DNA of 61,285 nucleotides, from assembly GCA_963755025.1 (NCBI GenBank), contig CAVWIH010000039.1, positions 1 to 61,285 on the forward strand, read 5' to 3'. Each line of letters begins with the position of its first letter. Position 1 is the first letter of the stretch. Source of the stretch: an uncultured Actinomycetes bacterium (lineage in GTDB: Bacteria; Actinomycetota; Thermoleophilia; UBA2241). The notes beneath the pieces were generated by a model. The model did not search any database. It was not told the DNA's origin and saw nothing but the letters and a program-made list of their open reading frames with translations. Position numbers and translations under genes: made by a program. Below, one piece after another: positions 50,918-60,982 of this stretch.

Positions 50918-52429
50918 TCAGTCGGGGTTCTCGGGCAACGGTTCACGCACGCCGCGCTCCCAATCGAGGAGCGGGATGCCCTTCTCCATGTGCTCGCCCT
51001 TGAACGCCTGCGGGCGCCGCCAGCTCATGATGAGGACGACGACGACGCCGGCGGCGACGACGCCGATGGACCACCACCAGGTGGCGTGCACCTGCTGGGT
51101 CCAGAAGTAGCACATGAGGCCGCCGCCGACGATCGGCACGATCTTGTTCATGACGATGCCGTAGGCGTTCCAGCGGTTGCGGTAGTGGATCAGGTTGAGC
51201 GCGTTGATGAAGATGTACATGACGACGAACAGGGTCGTCTCGACGCTGAACCACGTGACCCAGGTGTTCACCGGCAGGGACCAGTGCACGATCGGCAGGG
51301 TCTCGCCCGCGCCGGCCAGGGTACCCGGCACGGCGACGATCAGGCCGACGATCCAGGCGAAGAGGATCGCGTTGCTCGGCGAGTGGTGCTTGGCGTGGAC
51401 CTTGCCGAACCAGCGATACGCGGGCAGGTGGCCTTCTTTGCCGAAGTAGTAGGACATGCGGCTCGACTCGTTGACGATGAGCAGCGTGCAGGCAAAGGCC
51501 GAGGTGAAGGCGGCCAGCGAGACGAAGGTCGCAAAGTGGACCGGCCCGATGCCGTGGTTGCCCCAGTAGTCGGTGGCCACCGCGGCGAGGCCGTCGAGGC
51601 TGCCGGTGAAGGCGCTGAAGCTCTTGATCGGGCCGTCGATGAGGCCGGCCGAGAAGATGGCGAACACGAAGGCCACGACGACCACCGACACGACGACCGC
51701 GGTGGTGATCGCCTTGCGGGCCGCCTTGGCCTCTTCGCCGAGCGTGGTCACGGCCTCGTAGCCGGCGTACAGGTAGACGGAATAGGACGCCGCCGCCCAC
51801 AGCCCGACGGCGCCGATGGCCTTGTAGCCCACCGGGAACGAGGCGGCGGGCGTCACGTTCAGGAGCAGACGATGCGTGAGCACGCCGTGCTGGCCGGCCA
51901 GCACGAAGCCGGTGACGGCCAGGGCGCCCATGATCACCATCTCGACGCAGAAGAACACGAGGGCCGCTTCGAGCGACGGGACGATGCCGCGCCACGCGAT
52001 GTACGCGGCGACCGAGACGATGCCGATCACCATGACCCAGGCTGGGGGCGACCAGCCGAAGAAACCCTCGAGCGTGGAGTGCAGGTAGACCGCGCAGATC
52101 GGCGCGGGGAAGATGATGTTCAGGTTGATGACGAGGATCATCCAGCCCGGCACGAAGCCCCATACCGGCCCGAGAGCCTCCTTGCCGAAGGCGCCGATGC
52201 TGCCCGCGGTGTGCGGCTTGGTCTTGACCATCTCCATGAGGCTGAGCGCCGTGGCGATCATGGCGAGGGCGCCGACCATCATGCCCATGGGCACGCCGTA
52301 GCCGACCTTGCCGGCCATGACCTGCAGGGCGCCGGCGAGCGACATGACCGGCGCGGTGTAGACCAGGGCGAAAATGATGGCCGACCTGGTGCCGAACTGG
52401 TTGCGCTTGAGATGAGTGGCTTCTTCCAC
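50918..52429 (-). CDS. APC family amino acid/polyamine permease
   Basis: About 12 TMs, AGS..F, YAGYEAVTTLGEEAK, SRMSY.FGKEG.LP. Confidence 0.9.
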   Translation of the reverse strand: MEEATHLKRNQFGTRSAIIFALVYTAPVMSLAGALQVMAGKVGYGVPMGMMVGALAMIATALSLMEMVKTKPHTAGSIGAFGKEALGPVWGFVPGWMILVINLNIIFPAPICAVYLHSTLEGFFGWSPPAWVMVIGIVSVAAYIAWRGIVPSLEAALVFFCVEMVIMGALAVTGFVLAGQHGVLTHRLLLNVTPAASFPVGYKAIGAVGLWAAASYSVYLYAGYEAVTTLGEEAKAARKAITTAVVVSVVVVAFVFAIFSAGLIDGPIKSFSAFTGSLDGLAAVATDYWGNHGIGPVHFATFVSLAAFTSAFACTLLIVNESSRMSYYFGKEGHLPAYRWFGKVHAKHHSPSNAILFAWIVGLIVAVPGTLAGAGETLPIVHWSLPVNTWVTWFSVETTLFVVMYIFINALNLIHYRNRWNAYGIVMNKIVPIVGGGLMCYFWTQQVHATWWWSIGVVAAGVVVVLIMSWRRPQAFKGEHMEKGIPLLDWERGVREPLPENPD

Positions 52430-52515
52430 GTGTCACCCCTTGTCCGAAAGAGCTGGAGCGGGCGCAAGCCCGCCGGTTGTGCTGGCGGCGGTGCGGACGT
52501 GCAGAGGCGCTCCCC

Positions 52516-53385
52516 CTACTCGATCAGGCTGCGTTTGAGGAGACCGCCGTAGGTCTCGGGGCGGCGGTCGCGGAAGAACTGCGAGATGTCGCGCACGTCG
52601 TGGAGCTGCTCGCGCGTGATGGTCGCCAAGAGGAGCTGCTCGACGTCGCGCTGCGCCTCGGCGATCTTGAGGCCGTCGGGGCCGGCCACGAAGCTGCGCC
52701 CGTAGAAGCCCTGGAAGTCCTCGAAGCCGACGCGGTTGCAGGCCGCCACGAAGAGGCAGTTGGCGACCGCGTGGCCGCGCATGACGATCTGCCACGACTC
52801 GCTCGAGTCGATCTCGGGGTGGCCGGGCTCGTCGCCGATGCAGGTGGGGTAGACGATGAGGTGCGCGCCCTTGAGGTAGGCCAGGCGCGCGACCTCGGGG
52901 TACCACTGATCCCAGCAGGTCGGCACCGCGAGGTCGATGAGCGAGGTGTGAAAGACCGGGTAGTCGGTGTCGCCGGGGGCGAAGTAGTACTTCTCGTGCC
53001 AGCCGGGGCTGGTCTCGGGCAGGTGCATCTTGCGTGACCTGCCCAGATAGCGGCCGTCGCGCTCGAAGACGACGGCGGTGTTGAAGTAGAAGCCGTCCTG
53101 CACGTACTCGAAGACCGAGGCGACGAGCACGATCTCGAGCTCCTTGGCGAGCGCCGCCAGGCGGCGGCACAGGGGACCGTCGGGCACCGGCTCGGCCCAG
53201 GCGTTGTACTTCTGCGCGGTGGGGTACTTGCAGAAGTAGATGCCGCTGAAGAGCTCGGGCAGCACGACGAGCTCGGCGCCGGCGGCCGCGGCCTCGCGTG
53301 CCATGGCGAAGGCGTGCTCGACGTTGGCGTCGCGATCGTCGCCCATGGCCATCTGCACGAGCGCCATGCTGACCGTCTCGTTCAC
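52516..53385 (-). CDS. Nitrilase-family amidohydrolase, N-carbamoylputrescine amidase-like
   Basis: LPELF, RKMHLP, EKYYFAPGD, CWDQWYPE (Glu-Lys-Cys triad), FFRDRRP. Confidence 0.85.
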   Translation of the reverse strand: MNETVSMALVQMAMGDDRDANVEHAFAMAREAAAAGAELVVLPELFSGIYFCKYPTAQKYNAWAEPVPDGPLCRRLAALAKELEIVLVASVFEYVQDGFYFNTAVVFERDGRYLGRSRKMHLPETSPGWHEKYYFAPGDTDYPVFHTSLIDLAVPTCWDQWYPEVARLAYLKGAHLIVYPTCIGDEPGHPEIDSSESWQIVMRGHAVANCLFVAACNRVGFEDFQGFYGRSFVAGPDGLKIAEAQRDVEQLLLATITREQLHDVRDISQFFRDRRPETYGGLLKRSLIE

Positions 53386-53437
53386 CCCGCACCCCCTGCT
53401 CGACGGCGCGCGCGAGCGGCGCGCACACGTCTGTTGC

Positions 53438-53491
53438 TTGTCCGGACGGACAAAGTGATGGCAAGATAGCCACGGCTTCAGGTGAAGTCAA
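53438..53491 (-). promoter_or_regulatory. Promoter and probable TetR operator for the amidase-permease
   Basis: Minus strand TTGACT-N17-TATCTT; palindrome TTGTCC-N4-GGACAA at 53438-53453 just downstream. Confidence 0.65.
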
Positions 53492-53516
53492 GGAACCTGC
53501 GGGACAGGAGAGCAGG

Positions 53517-54236
53517 GTGGGCATGCCCGACCGACCGAAGTTCGAGTCGCGATCGCCGATGTCGCAGCTGTCGCCGACCGCGCACGGCATCCTCGACGCC
53601 GCGCGGCGCCTGCTCGTGCGCGACGGCTTTGCCGCGCTGTCGCTCGAGAAGATCGCCGCCGAGGCCGGCGTGCCCAAGTCGCTGATCCGCTATCACTTCG
53701 GCAACAAGGCGGGCCTGATCGAGGCGCTCGTCGACGCGCTCATCCACGACGCCAACCTGGGGCTCAAAGACGAGCTCGAGCAGATCCCCGAGGGCGGCGC
53801 CCGCGTGGCCCACCTGCTGGCGGCGCAGCGCGCCATGTCCGCCGACCGGCGCTCGTTTCGCGTCTTCTACGACGTTCTGCCCAACGCGCTGCGCGACCGC
53901 AAGCTGCGCGACCGGGTCGCCGGCCTGTACGAGTGGTACCGTTCGCTCGACGCCTGGGCCCTGCGAGACGCCGCGCCACCGCTCGACGAAGCCCGGCTCG
54001 AGCCGCTCGCGGCGCTCTCCATCGCCGTCCTCGACGGTCTTGCGATCCAGCTCATGCTGGCGCCGCGCAGCTTCGACCATGCGGGCGCGTACGCCCTGTG
54101 GGAGGCCATGGTGAGTCGCTTCGCCAGCGCCGGTGGCGCTCAGACGGGCGTGCCCGCCGCCGAGGCGCAGGCCGCGCCCGGGCCTTCGCCGGTATCGGCC
54201 CAGCCGCTCTCGACCAACGACCAGCAAGGACAGTGA
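53517..54236 (+). CDS. TetR family transcriptional regulator
   Basis: ILDAARRLL..GF..SLEKIAAEAGVPKSLIRYHFGNK. Confidence 0.9.
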   Translation: MGMPDRPKFESRSPMSQLSPTAHGILDAARRLLVRDGFAALSLEKIAAEAGVPKSLIRYHFGNKAGLIEALVDALIHDANLGLKDELEQIPEGGARVAHLLAAQRAMSADRRSFRVFYDVLPNALRDRKLRDRVAGLYEWYRSLDAWALRDAAPPLDEARLEPLAALSIAVLDGLAIQLMLAPRSFDHAGAYALWEAMVSRFASAGGAQTGVPAAEAQAAPGPSPVSAQPLSTNDQQGQ

Positions 54237-54245
54237 GGAGAACCC

Positions 54246-55559
54246 ATGCCGATCGCCGTCAACGACACCGAGGAGAAGGTCATTCGGCTCGTGCGCGAGA
54301 GCAGCGCCGAGCTGATCGCGCTCGTCTCAGAGCTCGTCTCGTACGACACCACGGCGCGTAGCGTCGGCGAGCCGGCCCGCGACGAGGCGAGGTTCCAGGC
54401 GGCGCTGGCCGCGCGTCTCAAGGCGATCGGGGCGCAGGTCGACGTCTGGGAGCCCGAGCCCACGGGTACCGGCAACCGCTTCGTGCCCGACGGCCTCGAC
54501 TTCAAGGGGCGCCCGCAGCTCGCCGCCCGCCTCTCCGGCTCAGGCGACGGCCGCAGTCTTCTGCTGAACGGCCACATCGACGCCGTGACGCCCGGTCCGC
54601 TCGGCGACTGGGTCTCTGACCCCTTCGTCGTCGGCGAGCGCGAAGGCTACCTGTGGGGTCGCGGCGTCAACGATATGAAGGGCGGCCTCGCCTCGATGCT
54701 GTTCGCCCTCGAGCTGCTGCACCGTGCCGGCATCAGGCTGCGCGGCGACGTCGTGTACTGCGCCGACTCGGACGAAGAGTCGTCGGGCGCCGGCAGCCTG
54801 GCCTGCGTGGCCCACGGCGTCAAGGCCGACGCCGGCATCTGCGCCGAGCCCACGGGCTTCGACGTGTGGGTCGCCTGCCGCGGCACGGTGATGCCCATCA
54901 TCACGGTGCCGGGGCGCGCCGGTCACGCCGAGATGCCGCACCCCCACTGGCGCGAGGGCGGCGCCGTGAACGCCATCGAGAAAGATGGAGATCGTGCTCG
55001 ACGCCGTGGCCGGGCCCTGCGCGCCGAGTGGAACGGGCGCGCCGACAAGAAGCATCGCTACCTCGCGCCGGCCGACATCGTGCCCACCAAGATCGAGGGC
55101 GGCGTCTGGATCGTCACCTATCCGCCGGCCTGCAGCCTGATCTGCGACGTGCAGTACCTGCCGGGCAACATCGACGCCGAGGGCACCGGCAAGGCGGTCG
55201 AGCGCGAGCTGGTCGACTACGTGAACGCCGCCGCCAACGCCGACCCGTGGCTGCGCGAGCATCCCCTGAAGTGGGAGTGGATGGAGGACATCGTGCCGGC
55301 CGAGGTGCCCGACGACCACCCCATCGTGTCGCTGGCGCTCGACGCGGCCGCGGCGGTCGGCCGCCAGGGCCGCATCTCGGGCCTCGACTCGTGGCACGAC
55401 GCCGCCCACTTCACGCACTGGGCCGGCACGCCGACGGTCTCGTTCGGGCCCGACGGCATCGAGAACGCGCACTCGGTCGAGGAGCGCGTGTCGGTCGACG
55501 GCCTGGTCGACCACTGCGCCGCCATCGCCCTGGCCGTCATGCGCTGGTGCGGCGTCTGA
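54246..55559 (+). CDS. ArgE/DapE family (M20) deacylase
   Basis: NGHIDAV, GRGVNDMKGG, DEE, AEPT, GHA, AHSVEE; a short out-of-frame patch at ~54985-55015 from compensating indels. Confidence 0.9.
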   Translation: MPIAVNDTEEKVIRLVRESSAELIALVSELVSYDTTARSVGEPARDEARFQAALAARLKAIGAQVDVWEPEPTGTGNRFVPDGLDFKGRPQLAARLSGSGDGRSLLLNGHIDAVTPGPLGDWVSDPFVVGEREGYLWGRGVNDMKGGLASMLFALELLHRAGIRLRGDVVYCADSDEESSGAGSLACVAHGVKADAGICAEPTGFDVWVACRGTVMPIITVPGRAGHAEMPHPHWREGGAVNAIEKDGDRARRRGRALRAEWNGRADKKHRYLAPADIVPTKIEGGVWIVTYPPACSLICDVQYLPGNIDAEGTGKAVERELVDYVNAAANADPWLREHPLKWEWMEDIVPAEVPDDHPIVSLALDAAAAVGRQGRISGLDSWHDAAHFTHWAGTPTVSFGPDGIENAHSVEERVSVDGLVDHCAAIALAVMRWCGV

Positions 55560-55591
55560 CAGGCCTCCCCGTGGCTATCCGCTGGGAGGGT

Positions 55592-55684
55592 CTCACGGCA
55601 GGGGCCGGCCTCAGGCGGAGCGGACCTACGGCAGGAGCGGACCTCACGGCAGGAGCGGACCTCACGGCAGGAACAGACCTCACG
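55592..55684. repeat. Imperfect 18-bp tandem repeat (~5 copies)
   Basis: CCTCACGGCAGGAGCGGA units. Confidence 0.75.
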
Positions 55685-55782
55685 CGACGTCCCGCGACCG
55701 TTACGCCTGCGCGTATGCTTGCGGGCAGGATGTTCGCCCGCACGCGCGGAGCGACAGGAACGCCGAGGAGGCAGCAGAGCCC

Positions 55783-56307
55783 ATGAACGAGACCATAAAG
55801 ACGCTCGTAGCGAGACGCACCGTCCGTGCCTTCAAGCCGGAGCAGATCTCAGACGACGAACTGCATGCGGTCGTGCAGGCGGGCACCTACGCGCCCAGCG
55901 GCGGCAACCAGCAGGCCGCCGTGCTGGTCGTCGTGCAGGACGCGGCCACGCGCGCCACGCTCACCCGCATGAACCAGGACGTCATCGGCAGCTCCGACAA
56001 CGATCCCTACTACGGAGCTCCCACGATCGTCGTCGCCCTGGCCGACGCCACCAAGGTCACCCCGGTCGAAGACGCCACGCTGGCGCTGGGTAACATGCTG
56101 AACGCGGCGTTTTCGCTCGGTCTGGGCTCCTGCTGGGTGCACCGCGAACGTCAGATGTTCGCCAGCGACGAGGGCAAGGCCCTGCTCAAGACGTGGGGCC
56201 TCGAGGGCGAGTACGTCGGCGTCGGCGCGTGCGTGCTGGGGCACCCCGACTGCGACTGGCCCGAGGCCGCCCCGCGCAAGGATGGCTACGTCGTCACCAT
56301 CAAGTAG
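55783..56307 (+). CDS. Nitroreductase family protein
   Basis: RRTVRAF, APSGGN.Q, NMLNAA.SLGLGSCW. Confidence 0.9.
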   Translation: MNETIKTLVARRTVRAFKPEQISDDELHAVVQAGTYAPSGGNQQAAVLVVVQDAATRATLTRMNQDVIGSSDNDPYYGAPTIVVALADATKVTPVEDATLALGNMLNAAFSLGLGSCWVHRERQMFASDEGKALLKTWGLEGEYVGVGACVLGHPDCDWPEAAPRKDGYVVTIK

Positions 56308-56501
56308 GCCTCGGTGCGACGACGGCCCCGTCGTCGCGGTAGTCGTCGCGGTCAACAGGCCTCGCGCGCGCTCGCGGTCCGCCGCCCTCGTTCTCGAGGG
56401 CGGCGGACCGCGAGCGCGTGTCGTTACGGCCGACGCCGCCCGCCGTCACGGCGGCCTGGGGGCTCGATACCGCCGCCGCGGCCCGTAGCTGCCGTTTGCC
56501 G

Positions 56502-57347
56502 TCAGCCCTGACGCCGCCGCCGGCTGCCGTCGCCCTGCGCCGCGCTGCCGGCCGGCTTGCCGATCACACACACCGCGCCGCGTTCGAGCACGCGCACCGC
56601 GAGCGACTCGGAGACTGTGAACTCAAGGCGCCCGTCGGCGGTGGGGCCTACGAACCCGAGGCTCATGTCCTGGCCCACCACGATGTGGGCGAACTGCGCG
56701 CCGACGGCGAGCAGCACGCCGGCGTCGTCCAGGATGGGCGCCTTGAAGACGCCGTCGGTGGCGATCTCGCGGATGGTGTCGAGCTCGCTCACGACGCCCG
56801 TCTCGAGGCGGCGCAGCAGCAGGTTGTAGCGCGCCGGCGACACGGCCAGGGCGTAGGGCCCGTGAAAGCCGTTCTCGTCGAGCCGGGTGGCGGCCGCAAT
56901 CACGGTGCCGACCGCGCTGCCCAGCGCGTCCCAGGCGGGCAACGGCACCGAGGCTACGCCGTCGATAGTGGTCAGGCCCGGCGTGCGCTGCGTGCCGGCG
57001 AAGACGACCTCGTCTTCGCGCCGCGCCACCGCGATGGCGGCTTCGGCCAGCGGCGCCAGATCGAGCGAGGTCGACTCGTGCTCGTAGGCCGCCAGGTCGC
57101 GCGCCGACAGGGTGAAGCTGCGCTGGATCAGGGCGAGCGGCAGCGCGCCGCTCACGATAAGCCCGTCGCCTGCGTCTTCGTCGGGGAGCGCGACGCTCTT
57201 GAGGCCCAGTCCGTAGGGCCCGCGCACGTCGAGCAGGCGGCGTCCCGTGAGCTGGCTCGTGGCCGCACCGACCATCGTCTTCTCGAGCGCCTCCCACACG
57301 TGCTCACTCACCGGCGCGCCGGTCCGTCCCAGAGCATCGATGCTCAT
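56502..57347 (-). CDS. Family 1 encapsulin shell protein (Linocin_M18-like)
   Basis: L.R..AP....W..LE....GRRLLDVRGPYG, EDEVVFAG, GFHGPYAL, GQDMSLGF. Confidence 0.9.
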   Translation of the reverse strand: MSIDALGRTGAPVSEHVWEALEKTMVGAATSQLTGRRLLDVRGPYGLGLKSVALPDEDAGDGLIVSGALPLALIQRSFTLSARDLAAYEHESTSLDLAPLAEAAIAVARREDEVVFAGTQRTPGLTTIDGVASVPLPAWDALGSAVGTVIAAATRLDENGFHGPYALAVSPARYNLLLRRLETGVVSELDTIREIATDGVFKAPILDDAGVLLAVGAQFAHIVVGQDMSLGFVGPTADGRLEFTVSESLAVRVLERGAVCVIGKPAGSAAQGDGSRRRRQG

Positions 57348-57368
57348 GATCTCTCCTCTTCCCTTGCT

Positions 57369-57791
57369 TCAGTCTTGGGGCCGCTGCGAGCGCAGCGAGC
57401 CGATCGTCGTCGGGAGCGGCGCCTCATCGGCTGCGGCGCCCGGCGCTTCGGCGTCGCCGGCCGGCGGCGACTCTGCGCCCGGCGCGGCCGCGGCGACGCG
57501 CGCCACCATGTCGTCGACCTCGCCCACACCGTTGCGGCGGAACTGGGTCTCGTCGGGCGAGAGGATCTCGAGCAGGCGCTCGAACTCGCCGACATGCTCG
57601 ATCTCCTCGTTGGCGATGTCGATAAGCACGGCCTTGGCGAGGGGGTCGTCGACCGCGTCGGCGTGCGCCATGTAGAGGTGGATGGCTTCGTGTTCGGCCG
57701 CAATGTCGAGCCGGATCGCGCGAATCAGCTCTCCGGTCGTGAGCATGCGGTCCGGTACCCCGCCACTGAATGGATCGGCGAACTCCGGCAC
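57369..57791 (-). CDS. Ferritin-like encapsulin cargo protein
   Basis: AIRLDIAAEHEAIHLY..DIANEEIEHVGEF; Ala/Pro linker then C-terminal TIGSLR targeting peptide. Confidence 0.85.
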   Translation of the reverse strand: MPEFADPFSGGVPDRMLTTGELIRAIRLDIAAEHEAIHLYMAHADAVDDPLAKAVLIDIANEEIEHVGEFERLLEILSPDETQFRRNGVGEVDDMVARVAAAAPGAESPPAGDAEAPGAAADEAPLPTTIGSLRSQRPQD

Positions 57792-57949
57792 GGGTGGCCC
57801 CCTTTTGTTCGTGGACTGTCCGCTGCCTATGTACCGCGAAGGAGGCCGTTTGCCGCCGTTTGGCGGACTCGAGATGTGAACGATGAAGGACTCGCGGCGC
57901 GCCGTGGTGCGCGACGCCGGCGGGGTCGTTCGGGCGAGGCCGGCGAGGG

Positions 57950-58477
57950 CTACAGGGCGAAGCTCGCCACGAAGGCCCTGACCGGCTCCGCCATGCCGCC
58001 CAGGTCGTCGACCACGACGATCGTGCTGACGCCGTCGCCGGGCCACTCGTTGAACGCCGGCCGTACGACGAGCTCGCCGTCTTCGAGGCCGACAAGGAAG
58101 CCGGCGGAGTCGCCCGACCGGGCGCGGCTCATCCACGTCCCGTCGCGGCGGTCGCGCGGCGCGCGGCGGTCGGCGTTGACGCCGTCGGCGCAGCGCGCGG
58201 TGGTGCTGGTGAAGACGCAGAACGGCAGGAACAGCCAGTGACCGTTCGCGGTGACCTCGCGCTCGAGTTTCTTCACGCGCATGCGGGTAGTGCGTCGCTC
58301 AGAGCTCAGCGCCTCGTTGCCGCGAGGACCGGTCACCACGACGTACGAGAACGAGGCGTTCGGCCCGCACTCGCGGCGGTCGAACGACAGCAGGCGCACG
58401 ATGAAGTCGTTCAGCCGAAAGCCGTCGGGGGCGAAGCGCAGGTCGAGGTTCGCGGTCTCGTGTCGCAGGTCGTCCAT
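57950..58477 (-). CDS. Hypothetical protein
   Basis: GC3-biased ORF MDDLRHETANLDLRFAPDGF..; no family recognised. Confidence 0.55.
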   Translation of the reverse strand: MDDLRHETANLDLRFAPDGFRLNDFIVRLLSFDRRECGPNASFSYVVVTGPRGNEALSSERRTTRMRVKKLEREVTANGHWLFLPFCVFTSTTARCADGVNADRRAPRDRRDGTWMSRARSGDSAGFLVGLEDGELVVRPAFNEWPGDGVSTIVVVDDLGGMAEPVRAFVASFAL

Positions 58478-58535
58478 CGCTTGACGATACCACCGCGACG
58501 GCGTGGATAGCGGCCTGCGCGGGAACGCGACCCGT

Positions 58536-60444
58536 ATGTCTGAGCCCGGCCCCCCTTCGCCGCTCGCGCGCGGCACGGCCTGGACGCGCCACCTGGAGAC
58601 GCCGCTGCGCGAGTTCCTGCGCACCGAGACCGGCAGCGCCACCATGCTGCTGGGCGCCACGCTGGCGGCGCTGCTCTGGGTCAATCTCGACGCGTCGTCG
58701 TACGACACGGTGTGGCGCACCACGCTGTCGGTCCGGCTGGGGTCGTTCACCGTGGCCCAGGACCTGCGCCACTGGCTGAACAGCGGCCTCATGGCCTTCT
58801 TCTTCTTCGTCGTGGGGCTCGAGGCGCGCCGCGAGTTCGACATGGGCGAGCTGCGCGAACGCCGCCGCGCGGCGCTGCCCGTCATGGCGGGAGTGGCCGG
58901 CATGGCGGTGGCCGTGCTCATCTACCTCGCCTTCAACGTGGGCCGCGGCACGGCCCACGGGTGGGGAGTGGCGATGTCGACCGACACCGCCTTCGCGCTG
59001 GGCGCCCTCGCCCTGGTCGGCCCGCGCTTTCCCGACCGCTTGCGGGCCTTCATGCTCACGGTCGTGGTGGTCGACGACCTGGTGGCGCTCGTCGTCATCG
59101 CGACCGTCTACACGAGCCACCTGGCGGTCGTGCCCCTGCTCGTCGCCGTGGCGCTGTTCGGGGTGGTGCTGGCGCTGCGCCGGTTCGGCCGGCGGCTGAG
59201 CCTGGGCTACGCCGCGTGTGCCGTGGCCGATCTGGGTCGCGCTCTTCAAGTCGGGGGTCGACCCGGTGGTCGCGGGCCTCGCCCTCGGGCTGCTGGTCTA
59301 CGCCTATCCCGCGGCGCGGCCCGACCTGGAACGCGCCAGCGAGCGCTTTCGCCTGTTCCGCGAGCAGCCGACGCCCGAGCTGGCGCGCGAGGCGCGCACC
59401 GGGGTGGAGTCGGCGATCTCGCCCAACGAACGCCTGGCGCAGCGCTTTCACCCCTGGACGAGCTACGTCATCGTGCCGCTGTTCGCCCTGGCCAACGCCG
59501 GCATCGCCGTGAACGGCGGCTTCATCGCGCGCGGTTTCAGCAGCCCGGTCACCCTGGGGATCGTCGTAGGCTACGTGGTGGGCAAGCCCCTCGGCATAGT
59601 CGGCGCCTCGCTCGCGGCGAGCCACCTGAGCCGGGGCCGGCTGCGGCTGCCGGTCGGCTGGGCCGCGGTCACCGGGGGCGGCGCGGTCGCCGGCATCGGC
59701 TTCACCGTCTCGCTGCTGGTGGCGGCGCTGGCCTTTCGCGGCCCGCAGTTGCAGGACGCCAAGCTCGGCGTGCTGACCGCCGCCGTGCTGGCGACGCTGG
59801 TGACCTGGGCCGTGTTCCGCGTGACCGACCTGCTGCCGCGCTACCGCCGCCTGCGGGCACTGATCGGCGGCGCCGAGCCGATCGTCGACCTGGCCGTGCC
59901 CGTCGAGGACGAGCGTGACCACATCCGCGGGCCCAGGCACGCTCCGATCACCTTCGTCGAGTACGCCGATTTCGAGTGCCCGTTCTGTGGCCAAGCAGAG
60001 CCTGTCGTGCGCGAGCTGCTCGCCGACTTCGGCGACGTGCGCTACGTCTGGCGCCACCTGCCGCTGAACGACGTCCATCCCCGAGCCCAGCTCGCCTCCG
60101 AGGCCGCCGAGGCAGCCGCCCTGCAAGATGCGTTCTGGGAGATGCACGACCTGCTCTTCGAACATCAGGACGACCTGCGGCCGTCCGAGCTCATCGGGTA
60201 CGCGCGCGACCTCGGCCTCGATACGGAGCGCTTCGCCGACGACCTGCGCCGTCACGCGGGGGCGGCTCGCATAGCGCAAGACGTCGACGGAGCCGATCTG
60301 AGCGGCGTGTCGGGGACGCCGACCTTCTTCATCAACGGGCGGCGCCACTACGGCGTGTACGACGCCGCGACCCTGGCCGCGGCCGTGCGTTCTGCCAGGG
60401 CCCGGGCGGCGCTCGCGCACGGGCCCGAGGCGGCCGCCGCCTGA
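58536..60444 (+). CDS. nhaA: Na+/H+ antiporter NhaA fused to a DsbA/thioredoxin domain; +1 frameshift at ~59228
   Basis: [55 protein letters not shown]; C-terminal [18 protein letters not shown]. Confidence 0.9.
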
Positions 60445-60449
60445 AAGAG

Positions 60450-60483
60450 ATGGTTTACGTCAGTAATTAACATGGTAAACTAT
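60450..60483 (+). promoter_or_regulatory. AT-rich inverted repeat, probable MarR operator/promoter
   Basis: ATgGTTTAC..GTAAACtAT directly before the marR start. Confidence 0.55.
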
Positions 60484-60487
60484 CCAC

Positions 60488-60982
60488 GTGAGCATCGATA
60501 TCGATAGCCCCTACGCGAGCGGCGCCGCTACACCGGGTCCGCTCGCCGCCGACGCGGCGCTCGGCGACCCCGAGCTCGCGGCCCGTCTGCGCCTGGTGCT
60601 CAACCGCCTGGCGCGCCGGCTGCGCAACCAGACGCCGGGCGACCTGAGCCCTTCACTGACCTCGGCCCTGGTGACCATCGAGCAGCGCGGGCCCATCACC
60701 CTGGGCCAGCTCGCCGCGAGCGAACGCGTCACGCCGCCCAGCATCACCCGCATGGTGGCCACCCTCGAACGGCTCTGCCTCGTGCGCCGCGAAGCCGACC
60801 CCGGCGACCGTCGCGTCGCCCGGGTCAGTCTTACGCCCGACGGCCGGCGCACCGTGCTGCGCACCCGCACCCGCAAGACGGCCTACCTGGCCAAACGCCT
60901 TCACAAGCTCGACGAGTCAGAGCGCGCGGTCGTGCGCGCGGCGCTGCCGGTCCTCGAGCGCCTGCTCGAGGACGATCGTTGA
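60488..60982 (+). CDS. MarR family transcriptional regulator
   Basis: TLGQLAASERVTPPSITRMVATLE..DPGDRRV..LT. Confidence 0.9.
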   Translation: MSIDIDSPYASGAATPGPLAADAALGDPELAARLRLVLNRLARRLRNQTPGDLSPSLTSALVTIEQRGPITLGQLAASERVTPPSITRMVATLERLCLVRREADPGDRRVARVSLTPDGRRTVLRTRTRKTAYLAKRLHKLDESERAVVRAALPVLERLLEDDR

